In this document: one piece after another, positions 1 to 5,911 of the stretch | Layout of the letters: every line of letters starts with the position of its first letter | Numbering within the stretch: the stretch's first letter is position 1 | Source of the DNA: a virus | UHGV virus genome: UHGV-0171440 | Length of the DNA: 20,676 bases | Direction: 5' to 3' (one strand) | The notes under the pieces: generated by a model | Seen by the model: the letters and a program-made list of their open reading frames with translations, nothing else | The model's database searches: none | Told to the model about the DNA's origin: nothing | Program-made: the position numbers and the translations under genes

Positions 1-202
1 TAAGGCTTTATGCTAGATGCATTCCGCTTTGCGACTCAACCTTTTTCACCTAAAGGATGACAAAATCACATAAATAATTTAAATATCATAGCATTAGATT
101 ACTTAATGATTAAATAATAGACTGCAAAACGCGACAAAACACAACATATCCAGTCACTATGAATCAACTACTTAGATAGTATTAGTGACCTGTAACAGAG
201 CA

Positions 203-243
203 TTAGCGCAAGGTGATTTTTTGTCTTCTTGCGCTAATTTTTT
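203..243 (+). terminator. Candidate intrinsic terminator on the plus strand, downstream of the tailspike region
   Basis: 10-bp inverted repeat TTAGCGCAAG (203-212) / CTTGCGCTAA (228-237) followed by TTTTTT (238-243). The 15-nt loop is longer than typical. Confidence 0.35.
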
Positions 244-346
244 GACATAAAAACATGCCGCACTCCTGAGAAGCACAAAGCCTTGCAATCCAGTACAAAG
301 CTTTGTTTGTCTCAGTTTTGTCTCACATTGCCGGCATAATCCTTAA

Positions 347-361
347 CCCGCACCAGGCGGG
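347..361 (-). terminator. Weak candidate terminator hairpin after the tailspike stop
   Basis: GC-rich 5-bp inverted repeat CCCGC/GCGGG with a 5-nt loop just 3' of the tailspike stop; the following sequence on the minus strand is only partly T-rich. Confidence 0.2.
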
Positions 362-376
362 TCATGGTTGTTGCTG

Positions 377-1597
377 TCATGTAATGGTTACTGGCACCTC
401 GACAGATATTCCGTGAATCGGCTCGTTAATCAGTATCTTGATGTTTCCTGACACGTTCTCATCGAAAACAACGTCAAAGACAAGATTTTGAAATATTTGG
501 TTCCGTCGAGATACTAGTGCCTGATGAAAGTAGTTCACAGGCAGATGAAGTGTTGCATTGACCTTGGGTTCAAATGAAATTTCTGGCTCCACTACCGATA
601 CGTATCGTGTTGAAACATCCTGTGGTAAGGATGTTGGGGATAGTTCGATGGTCACCGTTTTCCCGTTGACCTTTACACTCTTCTTCGCAAGAACATTCAG
701 CGGTGAATAGGCGTGATACACAGAAAGGAGAAGTCTCGCCCTGCTTGCCTTGTCAACAATGCTAATAGTCGAAAGCGCATCCCCGCCAGAAGAGTAAGAG
801 GAAACAATATCTACAATACCAGAGTCCTGGGTTATCTTTCGGACTGACAACGTACTGAACCTGTCCTCAAAATCAGTTTCCACCACCAGTTCCGAGAACT
901 GAGCATTCAGCAGGGAAAATGGAACGCTGTAGTGGTAGTTTTTTGTTGCCCTGAACGAATACACAGGGGAAACAAATCTCGGAACCGTTGGATACGCTGC
1001 GGCGGGTCTGTCCAGTTTTGTCGGGTAAGCCGGAACCTTGTAGCCAGCCAGCAGAATATATCTCAACTCGTCGTCTTCGTTCGGTGGATCTATCTCAGCC
1101 ACCTCAACGAGGTTGTAATCATGGTCCTGATTGATAATGGCAACAGGATCACCATAGGCATCAAACCCCAGCAGCTTGTGTTTCCGCTGGTCTACATTTG
1201 GTAGTGGTTCGACTGAAGGCTCAGGAACACGCAGGAAGTGCTTTGTCGCTAAAGCCTTCCCCGCCCCGCTGGCAGGCATAATGTTCGGATAATAGTAAAC
1301 CTGCACATTATTCACGTCATAAACAACCATGCTGTAGGCATCGTCAGTGTAGAACTCAACGACAGCACCGTTATACACACAGTAGCCACCAGAATTAATA
1401 GAAAGAGGCTGTGACACAGGAATGAATTCCCCGCTCTCGTTTTCAATGTAAACGTTAATCTGGTTTTTCTTGATGACAGGGTCTTTGTCAGGCTTACCAA
1501 TATAGATTTGACCATTTGCTATTGGTCTCAGACTGTTTGGATAAGTGAATAACTGCGCAGGGATTCTGACGGCAACGTTTGGGTTAATTGTTGTCAT
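377..1597 (-). CDS. Tailspike / receptor-binding protein (406 aa) with a P22 gp9-like N-terminal head-binding domain and a short divergent C-terminal domain
   Basis: N-terminal ~110 aa (ANGQIYIGKPDKDPV...NQINVYIENESGEF...) resembles the P22 gp9 head-binding domain; the rest does not resemble the P22 beta-helix as I recall it. AGAGG Shine-Dalgarno 5 nt before the ATG. Last gene of the late operon. Confidence 0.8.
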   Translation of the reverse strand: MTTINPNVAVRIPAQLFTYPNSLRPIANGQIYIGKPDKDPVIKKNQINVYIENESGEFIPVSQPLSINSGGYCVYNGAVVEFYTDDAYSMVVYDVNNVQVYYYPNIMPASGAGKALATKHFLRVPEPSVEPLPNVDQRKHKLLGFDAYGDPVAIINQDHDYNLVEVAEIDPPNEDDELRYILLAGYKVPAYPTKLDRPAAAYPTVPRFVSPVYSFRATKNYHYSVPFSLLNAQFSELVVETDFEDRFSTLSVRKITQDSGIVDIVSSYSSGGDALSTISIVDKASRARLLLSVYHAYSPLNVLAKKSVKVNGKTVTIELSPTSLPQDVSTRYVSVVEPEISFEPKVNATLHLPVNYFHQALVSRRNQIFQNLVFDVVFDENVSGNIKILINEPIHGISVEVPVTIT

Positions 1598-1626
1598 AAG
1601 GACCTCTTTAAAACTTTTTTGGGATG

Positions 1627-1650
1627 TAAAAAACCCAGCCGAAGCTGGGT
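1627..1650 (-). terminator. Intrinsic terminator (minus strand) between the antirepressor region and the tailspike gene
   Basis: Read on the minus strand: CCCAGC-TTCG-GCTGGG (6-bp stem, UUCG tetraloop) followed directly by TTTTTT; lies right after the stop of the 73-aa ORF. Confidence 0.6.
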
Positions 1651-1657
1651 CGTTGCG

Positions 1658-1879
1658 TTAGTTATCAAAATGTCCGTACGTTTCTTCTTCTTCAGGTGTA
1701 AGGGGGAGAATCTCGACTCTATCTATAGATACCTTTTCAATGTACCCATGAGGTCTACTTAAAATTAAAGCTCTCTCATGCCACAGAACTCCAAGAATGT
1801 GATACCTTCCAGCATCGCCTTTTACCCTGGCTCTTCCTTTGATTCTTGGCGGCATAATGCCATATTTTTTCTTTGCCAT
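1658..1879 (-). CDS. Hypothetical 73-aa protein, translationally coupled to the upstream antirepressor-like gene
   Basis: ORF whose ATG overlaps the upstream stop (TAATG); no recognisable motif; sits between the antirepressor-like gene and the tailspike. Confidence 0.55.
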   Translation of the reverse strand: MAKKKYGIMPPRIKGRARVKGDAGRYHILGVLWHERALILSRPHGYIEKVSIDRVEILPLTPEEEETYGHFDN

Positions 1880-2607
1880 TATGCAACATTACTCCCATGA
1901 ATCAGGTGTTGTAGTGCTTTAACACCTTCCGCATTGTAGCGGAATGCTTCCACCTGTTTGCTGGAATGCGCAGATTTATCCAGGAAGAACTTCCCGTACT
2001 GCTCAGTTTTGAGGTTGTTTGCGTTAGCAATGCGACCAATCTTGTTGGCCGTTACTCCAAGCTGCTCTGCAACCTCCCCTGCTGAGTAGTAGTGTTCTTC
2101 GATTGCTGGTAGAGGAATTGCATTAAAACCGACTATTGGGTTGATTATGCTTGCTGCCGCAGTCTGCTTTGCCTCAGGTGCAAGGTTAGGCATCAAGTCG
2201 AACAGGTTGGTAACTGCTTCAACTGTCATTTTCAGGGTGCGGGCCTGACGGTACTCAACAAGACCAGTTGCTGACTTCCCGTTCTTGATGTGCGCTTCCT
2301 GCATATTTTCAAGTTTATCTACCAGAGAGCGACGTACCGCCTTAGACTCACGAGCGGCCACGCGGAGCGCCTGCTTGATGGACATATCAATGATGACCAT
2401 CGAAGTTTTGTTCGCTTTTTGCACTACACTTTTTGTGTAGTGCTCCCCATCCAGTTCATCTTCAACTTTCTCGATGAATTTGTTATTGCGAACTTCCGGC
2501 TCACCGCACTGTTTGCGTGCTTCATTGACCATCGCCAGCAGAGACTGGCTATCAATAGTTTTATCCGTGACAACGGATCCGATGTTTGCTACATTCTTCA
2601 AAGTCAT
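1879..2607 (-). CDS. Phage antirepressor-family protein (about 242 aa) with a KilAC/ANT-like C-terminal domain
   Basis: Start set at the internal ATG (MTLKNVANIG...) preceded by AAGGAA-n6; C-terminal region (HYYSAGEVAEQLGVTANKIGRIANANNL...) resembles antirepressor C-terminal domains from memory. The domain assignment is not verified. Confidence 0.55.
   Translation of the reverse strand: MTLKNVANIGSVVTDKTIDSQSLLAMVNEARKQCGEPEVRNNKFIEKVEDELDGEHYTKSVVQKANKTSMVIIDMSIKQALRVAARESKAVRRSLVDKLENMQEAHIKNGKSATGLVEYRQARTLKMTVEAVTNLFDLMPNLAPEAKQTAAASIINPIVGFNAIPLPAIEEHYYSAGEVAEQLGVTANKIGRIANANNLKTEQYGKFFLDKSAHSSKQVEAFRYNAEGVKALQHLIHGSNVA
2567..2595 (+). promoter_or_regulatory. Candidate sigma70 promoter on the plus strand, antisense to the 5' end of the 242-aa antirepressor-like gene
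   Basis: -35 GTGACA (2567-2572), 17-bp spacer, extended -10 TGcTACATT (2587-2595). Confidence 0.35.
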
Positions 2608-2676
2608 TAGGCATTCCTTATGTGGTAGTAAGGGTGTGACATAGGCCGCCAGCAGCACACTGGCGGTTTTCTTTTT
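2602..2676 (+). ncRNA. Candidate cis-antisense RNA (about 75 nt) complementary to the start codon and RBS of the 242-aa antirepressor-like gene
   Basis: Bounded by the candidate promoter above and a canonical plus-strand terminator at 2646-2676; it would cover the complement of the ATG (2605-2607) and the AAGGAA Shine-Dalgarno (2613-2618). Confidence 0.3.
2646..2676 (+). terminator. Canonical intrinsic terminator on the plus strand inside a minus-strand operon
   Basis: 7-bp stem CCGCCAG/CTGGCGG with a 7-nt loop, followed by TTTTCTTTTT. No plus-strand protein gene lies upstream of it. Confidence 0.55.
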
Positions 2677-2695
2677 GCGCCGTCCGGCGCACCAA

Positions 2696-3322
2696 TCAAT
2701 GAATCCATTCCTCGCCGCGCAGTTTTGTCAGCATTGGCTGAGCGTTCTTTACGACAAAATTGTTGGTATCAAGATTCTTCATTTCACGAAGAAGTGATTT
2801 CTTGGTTTCTTCTGACATATAGCGAGTCTCATATGCAATATCGTAAATTCTTCCTGAAAGCTCAGAACCAATTTGCTTCATTCCTGGGTAGATGTGTTTG
2901 CACATTTGTTGACTCTTCTCCATCCACAATTGTAAGTAGCAGAGATTAACCAGTTCTTCGTCAGTAAACTGTTTTGCAATCGGTGAGCATTCTGCCTGCC
3001 GATCCAAAATATCCAGCACCCAGCGGCGGAACTCTTTTGCTACAGGAGTGCGAGCAAACATCGCGATTAGGTGGGCACCGCGTAGTGAGAAAACTCGCAC
3101 TTTTTTGCGATAATTTCCTGAGGTACTCACTTCGAGTACCTGAGTCATTCCGGCGCTAAACTCATCGCTATACTTGTTATAAATCATTGTTACTGCACGA
3201 CTATTTGCGTATTTAAGTGCAGATGCAATATTAGATGATGTAAACCAAACACCATGCATATCACGGGTGGGCGCCAACTCAACTCCGTGGAAGTTGTAAT
3301 CTGATTTTGCTACAATGTTCAT
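2696..3322 (-). CDS. Antirepressor (Ant-like) with a Bro-N domain, about 208 aa
   Basis: Start set at the internal ATG (MNIVAKSDYNFHG...) preceded by AAGGAA-n6; N-terminal half resembles the Bro-N antirepressor fold (…VAKEFRRWVLDIL). The longer ORF in the track runs into the arc-like gene in another frame. Confidence 0.75.
   Translation of the reverse strand: MNIVAKSDYNFHGVELAPTRDMHGVWFTSSNIASALKYANSRAVTMIYNKYSDEFSAGMTQVLEVSTSGNYRKKVRVFSLRGAHLIAMFARTPVAKEFRRWVLDILDRQAECSPIAKQFTDEELVNLCYLQLWMEKSQQMCKHIYPGMKQIGSELSGRIYDIAYETRYMSEETKKSLLREMKNLDTNNFVVKNAQPMLTKLRGEEWIH
3308..3316 (+). promoter_or_regulatory. Candidate extended -10 promoter element (TGcTACAAT) for a sar-like antisense RNA
   Basis: TGn plus TACAAT on the plus strand just inside the 5' end of the Bro-N antirepressor gene; no good -35 (TGGAAG, 3/6). 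Confidence 0.35.
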
Positions 3323-3396
3323 GTTAGTTTCCTTGCATACGGTTACTGACATAGAGGCCCGGTTTGTGTTCGCGCACTGCCGGGCTTCGCTATTTT
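3323..3396 (+). ncRNA. Candidate sar-like antisense RNA (about 70 nt) spanning the antirepressor RBS and the arc-ant intercistronic region
   Basis: Position and length mirror the P22 sar RNA as I remember it; it would cover the complement of the antirepressor RBS and end at a plus-strand hairpin (GCCCGG/CCGGGC, 3357-3385) followed by a T-rich tract. Confidence 0.4.
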
Positions 3397-3398
3397 TA
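3356..3398 (+). terminator. Plus-strand terminator-like hairpin in the arc-ant intercistronic region
   Basis: 6-7 bp GC stem with a structured 17-nt loop, then TTCGCTATTTTTAT. The T-run is displaced 8 nt from the stem, so this is a moderate call. Confidence 0.4.
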
Positions 3399-3563
3399 TG
3401 TCCTAGCATTCTTCTCTCCAATCAGTCCGTACACTTTTCTCAATTGATAAATAAGTTCCGTGTTGAACTGTCGACACTCTTTTTCTCCATTTCTTTCAAT
3501 CGCCTTCCTTACATCCTCTGGGAAACGAACCTTGCGTTGATACATGTCTTTTGCTTTTTCCAT
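3396..3563 (-). CDS. arc: Arc-like ribbon-helix-helix repressor, 55 aa (absent from the ORF track, which only lists ORFs of 60 aa or more)
   Basis: Hand translation of the minus strand gives MEKAKDMYQRKVRFPEDVRKAIERNGEKECRQFNTELIYQLRKVYGLIGEKNART; AAGGAG Shine-Dalgarno 5 nt upstream; strand-helix-helix pattern and position upstream of ant match P22 Arc. Confidence 0.65.
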   Translation of the reverse strand: MEKAKDMYQRKVRFPEDVRKAIERNGEKECRQFNTELIYQLRKVYGLIGEKNART

Positions 3564-3580
3564 CTCCACTCCTTAAATAG

Positions 3581-3593
3581 CCCCACTGTGGGG
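3581..3593. promoter_or_regulatory. Palindromic operator candidate 1 (CCCCACTGTGGGG)
   Basis: Perfect 13-bp palindrome, lying between the predicted start site of the arc-ant promoter and the arc Shine-Dalgarno. Confidence 0.5.
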
Positions 3594-3601
3594 CAGTCAA
3601 A

Positions 3602-3630
3602 ATTGTCACACCGTGCGTCATTGAAGTCAA
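3602..3630 (-). promoter_or_regulatory. Candidate promoter for arc-ant (Pant-like)
   Basis: On the minus strand: -35 TTGACT (complement of 3625-3630), 17-bp spacer, -10 GACAAT (complement of 3602-3607). Confidence 0.4.
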
Positions 3631-3649
3631 CCCCACCGTGGGGCATAAT
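3621..3649 (+). promoter_or_regulatory. Candidate promoter for the mnt-like gene (Pmnt-like), overlapping the arc-ant promoter face to face
   Basis: -35 TTGAAG (3621-3626), 17-bp spacer, -10 CATAAT (3644-3649); the two -35 hexamers overlap within the near-palindrome TTGAAGTCAA. Confidence 0.45.
3631..3643. promoter_or_regulatory. Palindromic operator candidate 2 (CCCCACCGTGGGG)
   Basis: Second perfect 13-bp palindrome, 50 bp from the first; fills the spacer of the mnt promoter and abuts the -35 of the arc-ant promoter. Confidence 0.5.
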
Positions 3650-3686
3650 TTACTTATTGTGAATTTTTCCTGTTTGGACTAATGGT

Positions 3687-4061
3687 ATGAGTAGAGAAGA
3701 CCCTCAACTTCGGATTAGGCTTCCTGTTGAATTAAAAAAAATAATTGAAGCGTCATCAAAACAAAATAATCGTTCTATGAATGCTGAGATTGTCACTCTG
3801 CTTGAGTTGGCGATTCGTGTTTGTCGTGATTTTGGGCCGGAGGATGGTCCTATCGTTCAGCAGTTTAAAGAACAACTAGATGCGATAAACAGAAAATATG
3901 ATAAAATCGAGCATGAAAAACTTATACCTCAACTTTTAGAAATCATAGAAAAACAGAAAAAACAAGTAGATAAACTTATTAGCATGGTTGAAAGATCAAT
4001 TCCTCTTTCAGAGGAATATAAGCAGAAATATCTTGGTGATGACAACAAAAAACCCACCTGA
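3687..4061 (+). CDS. mnt: Mnt-like ribbon-helix-helix repressor with a long C-terminal extension (124 aa)
   Basis: N-terminus MSREDPQLRIRLPVELKKIIE...NNRSMNAEIV aligns with P22 Mnt (MARDDPHFNFRMPMEV...NGRSMNSELL) from memory; divergent from arc-ant as in P22 immI; the C-terminal ~80 aa are K/E/Q-rich and probably coiled coil. Confidence 0.8.
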   Translation: MSREDPQLRIRLPVELKKIIEASSKQNNRSMNAEIVTLLELAIRVCRDFGPEDGPIVQQFKEQLDAINRKYDKIEHEKLIPQLLEIIEKQKKQVDKLISMVERSIPLSEEYKQKYLGDDNKKPT

Positions 4062-4079
4062 CGGTGGGTTTCATTTCTT
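4045..4079. terminator. Bidirectional intrinsic terminator between the convergent mnt-like and lipoprotein genes
   Basis: Hairpin AACCCACC-TGAC-GGTGGGTT flanked by an A-run (4047-4052) on one side and TTTCATTTCTT on the other; the mnt stop codon TGA sits in the loop. Confidence 0.6.
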
Positions 4080-4497
4080 AATCTTGCTTCGTGGAAGGTG
4101 TAAGAGATGCGTTTGCCTCTTTTGGCTTCAAGGTATACATCCCACCATTAAATGGATCAACAGCAAGCCAACCAATTAACCCACCAAACACAAGGTTTCC
4201 ACCAATATACCAACCATTAGCATTGGCTTTGATTGGCAGGGTAACTGGTTCGTACCCATCCTTTTCCATAGTGATCTGGTAGCTCTTTTTGCCAAAATAA
4301 CTACCATCTGACTTGGAAAGAGTTACTCCTTGTGGAGTTTTACCTTGCGCAACAATCACACCTGATTCATCTTTTACCTTAAAGCTCGCACCAGAAGGAT
4401 TGCTGTTCACTTGCACAAGTTGCGTTTCATCACCAACAATAGTTGCGCACCCAGATAACATGATAGCGCCAGCAACGACGCTAATAATCCTCTTCAT
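4078..4497 (-). CDS. Lipoprotein with a PEGA-like domain, about 139 aa
   Basis: Start set at MKRIISVVAGAIMLSGC (signal peptide with lipobox LSGC); mature region has PEGA-like motifs (SNPSGASFKV, GKTP, KDGYEPV) and a Gly/Trp-rich hydrophobic stretch (GWYIGGNLVFGGLIGWLAV). Domain call is from memory of the family pattern. Confidence 0.7.
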   Translation of the reverse strand: MKRIISVVAGAIMLSGCATIVGDETQLVQVNSNPSGASFKVKDESGVIVAQGKTPQGVTLSKSDGSYFGKKSYQITMEKDGYEPVTLPIKANANGWYIGGNLVFGGLIGWLAVDPFNGGMYTLKPKEANASLTPSTKQD

Positions 4498-4963
4498 ATC
4501 AATTTCCATTTCGTGAAAACCACAAACATGCTAATAGCAAAACAAAATAATGTGAAGTGCGTACATAAAAAATGTGCGTTTAATAACCACGAGCACGCAG
4601 AGAACTCGAAGAATAATCACACCAACTACACGAAAAGCTAAATACAGACATTAAATATTGTGCAATAGTTATAAATACAACATTTAGTACACACTAAAAT
4701 TATTATACATAAATATATCATTAAAATGATAATCAAGCCGGTTCACACCTCGGCTTTTTAATGTGCGGTTCGCAGAACTCCACAAGGCCACTTTCAAATA
4801 GTGGCGCACTCATTTTTGGCAGTTTTCCCAGATTGAGATTTTTCATCATATCTTGAGATACTAATGGTTTAACCGATAACACTGCACAAAAAGCACAAAC
4901 TTCCCTTTTCTTTTGCCCATAGGATCAGCCCAGTTATGGCTAATTGCTGCAATAGGAGGGCAT

Positions 4964-5860
4964 GTGATTATTGGTAATAGGGTAATGGTTGAGGATAAAG
5001 GTGGACTTACCGCCAAGGACAAAGTGAACGAAAGTTCAAATCATCCTGAATATGAATACAGGATGGTATCTTTATCCATGTCATCAAACAATGCCGCAGC
5101 AATCACCCGTCGCGATATCTCAATCCATATATTTGACGGCGAACCTTTAACCAGAGGGGGGCGCACGCATTATAAGAGCATGTTTGAAAAGGATCTTTCA
5201 GAAAACAGATATATAAAAGCCAATATTAATATGGATTCAGTATCTGATAATATCTTTTGCTTATCCGCAACTGATAGTGGAATGCTTCCAGTCCGACCAT
5301 CTCAGATTATGATATCTATACGTGAAATAAGAGGAGGTAAGTCACCAGAAACATACTGCGGCAAATTTTATTTCAATGATGAAAATGAAGAAAGAGAGTA
5401 CTCTTTTAAGAAGGGAGATAACTCACTTTTCATTTATCTAAATCTTGATTCTTCTATCTTTTCCGACATATTTAACAGCTTAAAAAATGGAGACACGACA
5501 ATTGAATTTGAGATCAACTTTCCTGCTTACGCAGACTGGCTAGATTGGATGGCGGGGGGAGGTTGGCCTACGACATATATCATCAATCCAGCACGTGATG
5601 ATGAAAACTTCATCTCCATAACGAGCATATCGACCTCCCAATCAGCTAATTGGAGAGTTGAAGATGAAGAAACTGAAGTCATTAAAAATGATGACACTTG
5701 CAATTATGAAAATGATATTGAACATAAAGATGTAAATGCATCAATCATTGCCACCAATGAACTTATATCTAACCATTCTATCCACACAAAACGGTTAACA
5801 TCTTACTTAGCAATAATCACATTTTGCTTAATAATATTAACTATTAAGGTTTGTTTCTAA
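4964..5860 (+). CDS. Hypothetical acidic, Ser/Asn-rich protein with a single C-terminal transmembrane anchor; start uncertain (TTG 4913, GTG 4964 after AGGAGG, or ATG 4985)
   Basis: Long ORF opposite to the late operon and convergent with the gp16-like gene; visibly AT-rich relative to the late genes; C-terminus LTSYLAIITFCLIILTIKVCF is a hydrophobic tail anchor; no catalytic motif recognised. Confidence 0.7.
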   Translation: MIIGNRVMVEDKGGLTAKDKVNESSNHPEYEYRMVSLSMSSNNAAAITRRDISIHIFDGEPLTRGGRTHYKSMFEKDLSENRYIKANINMDSVSDNIFCLSATDSGMLPVRPSQIMISIREIRGGKSPETYCGKFYFNDENEEREYSFKKGDNSLFIYLNLDSSIFSDIFNSLKNGDTTIEFEINFPAYADWLDWMAGGGWPTTYIINPARDDENFISITSISTSQSANWRVEDEETEVIKNDDTCNYENDIEHKDVNASIIATNELISNHSIHTKRLTSYLAIITFCLIILTIKVCF

Positions 5861-5911
5861 CAGCCGTCCTTGGCTGACTGTATGGTGACAACCAAGTAGA
5901 TTTTCGCTCCC

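Noticed and set aside
932-1204. 90-aa plus-strand ORF within the tailspike gene
   Set aside because: Antisense to the tailspike CDS with no start signals; shadow ORF.
2290-3159. Plus-strand ORFs (106, 74 and 61 aa) antisense to the two antirepressor-like genes
   Set aside because: Shadow ORFs inside well-supported minus-strand genes; the only plus-strand signals I credit here are the short antisense RNA candidates, which are non-coding.
3323-3421. N-terminal extension of the antirepressor ORF back to an ATG at 3421
   Set aside because: It overlaps the 3' end of the arc-like gene in another frame, whereas the internal ATG at 3322 has an AAGGAA Shine-Dalgarno and begins the Bro-N-like sequence.
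3315-3662. 115-aa plus-strand ORF spanning the arc-like gene and the promoter/operator region
   Set aside because: Antisense to the well-supported arc-like CDS and runs through the palindromic operators; no Shine-Dalgarno; composition looks like a shadow ORF.
4964-5860. Possible HEPN-like R-x4-H motif (RDISIH) in the tail-anchored protein
   Set aside because: A single short motif near the N-terminus with no supporting helical context; most likely chance.
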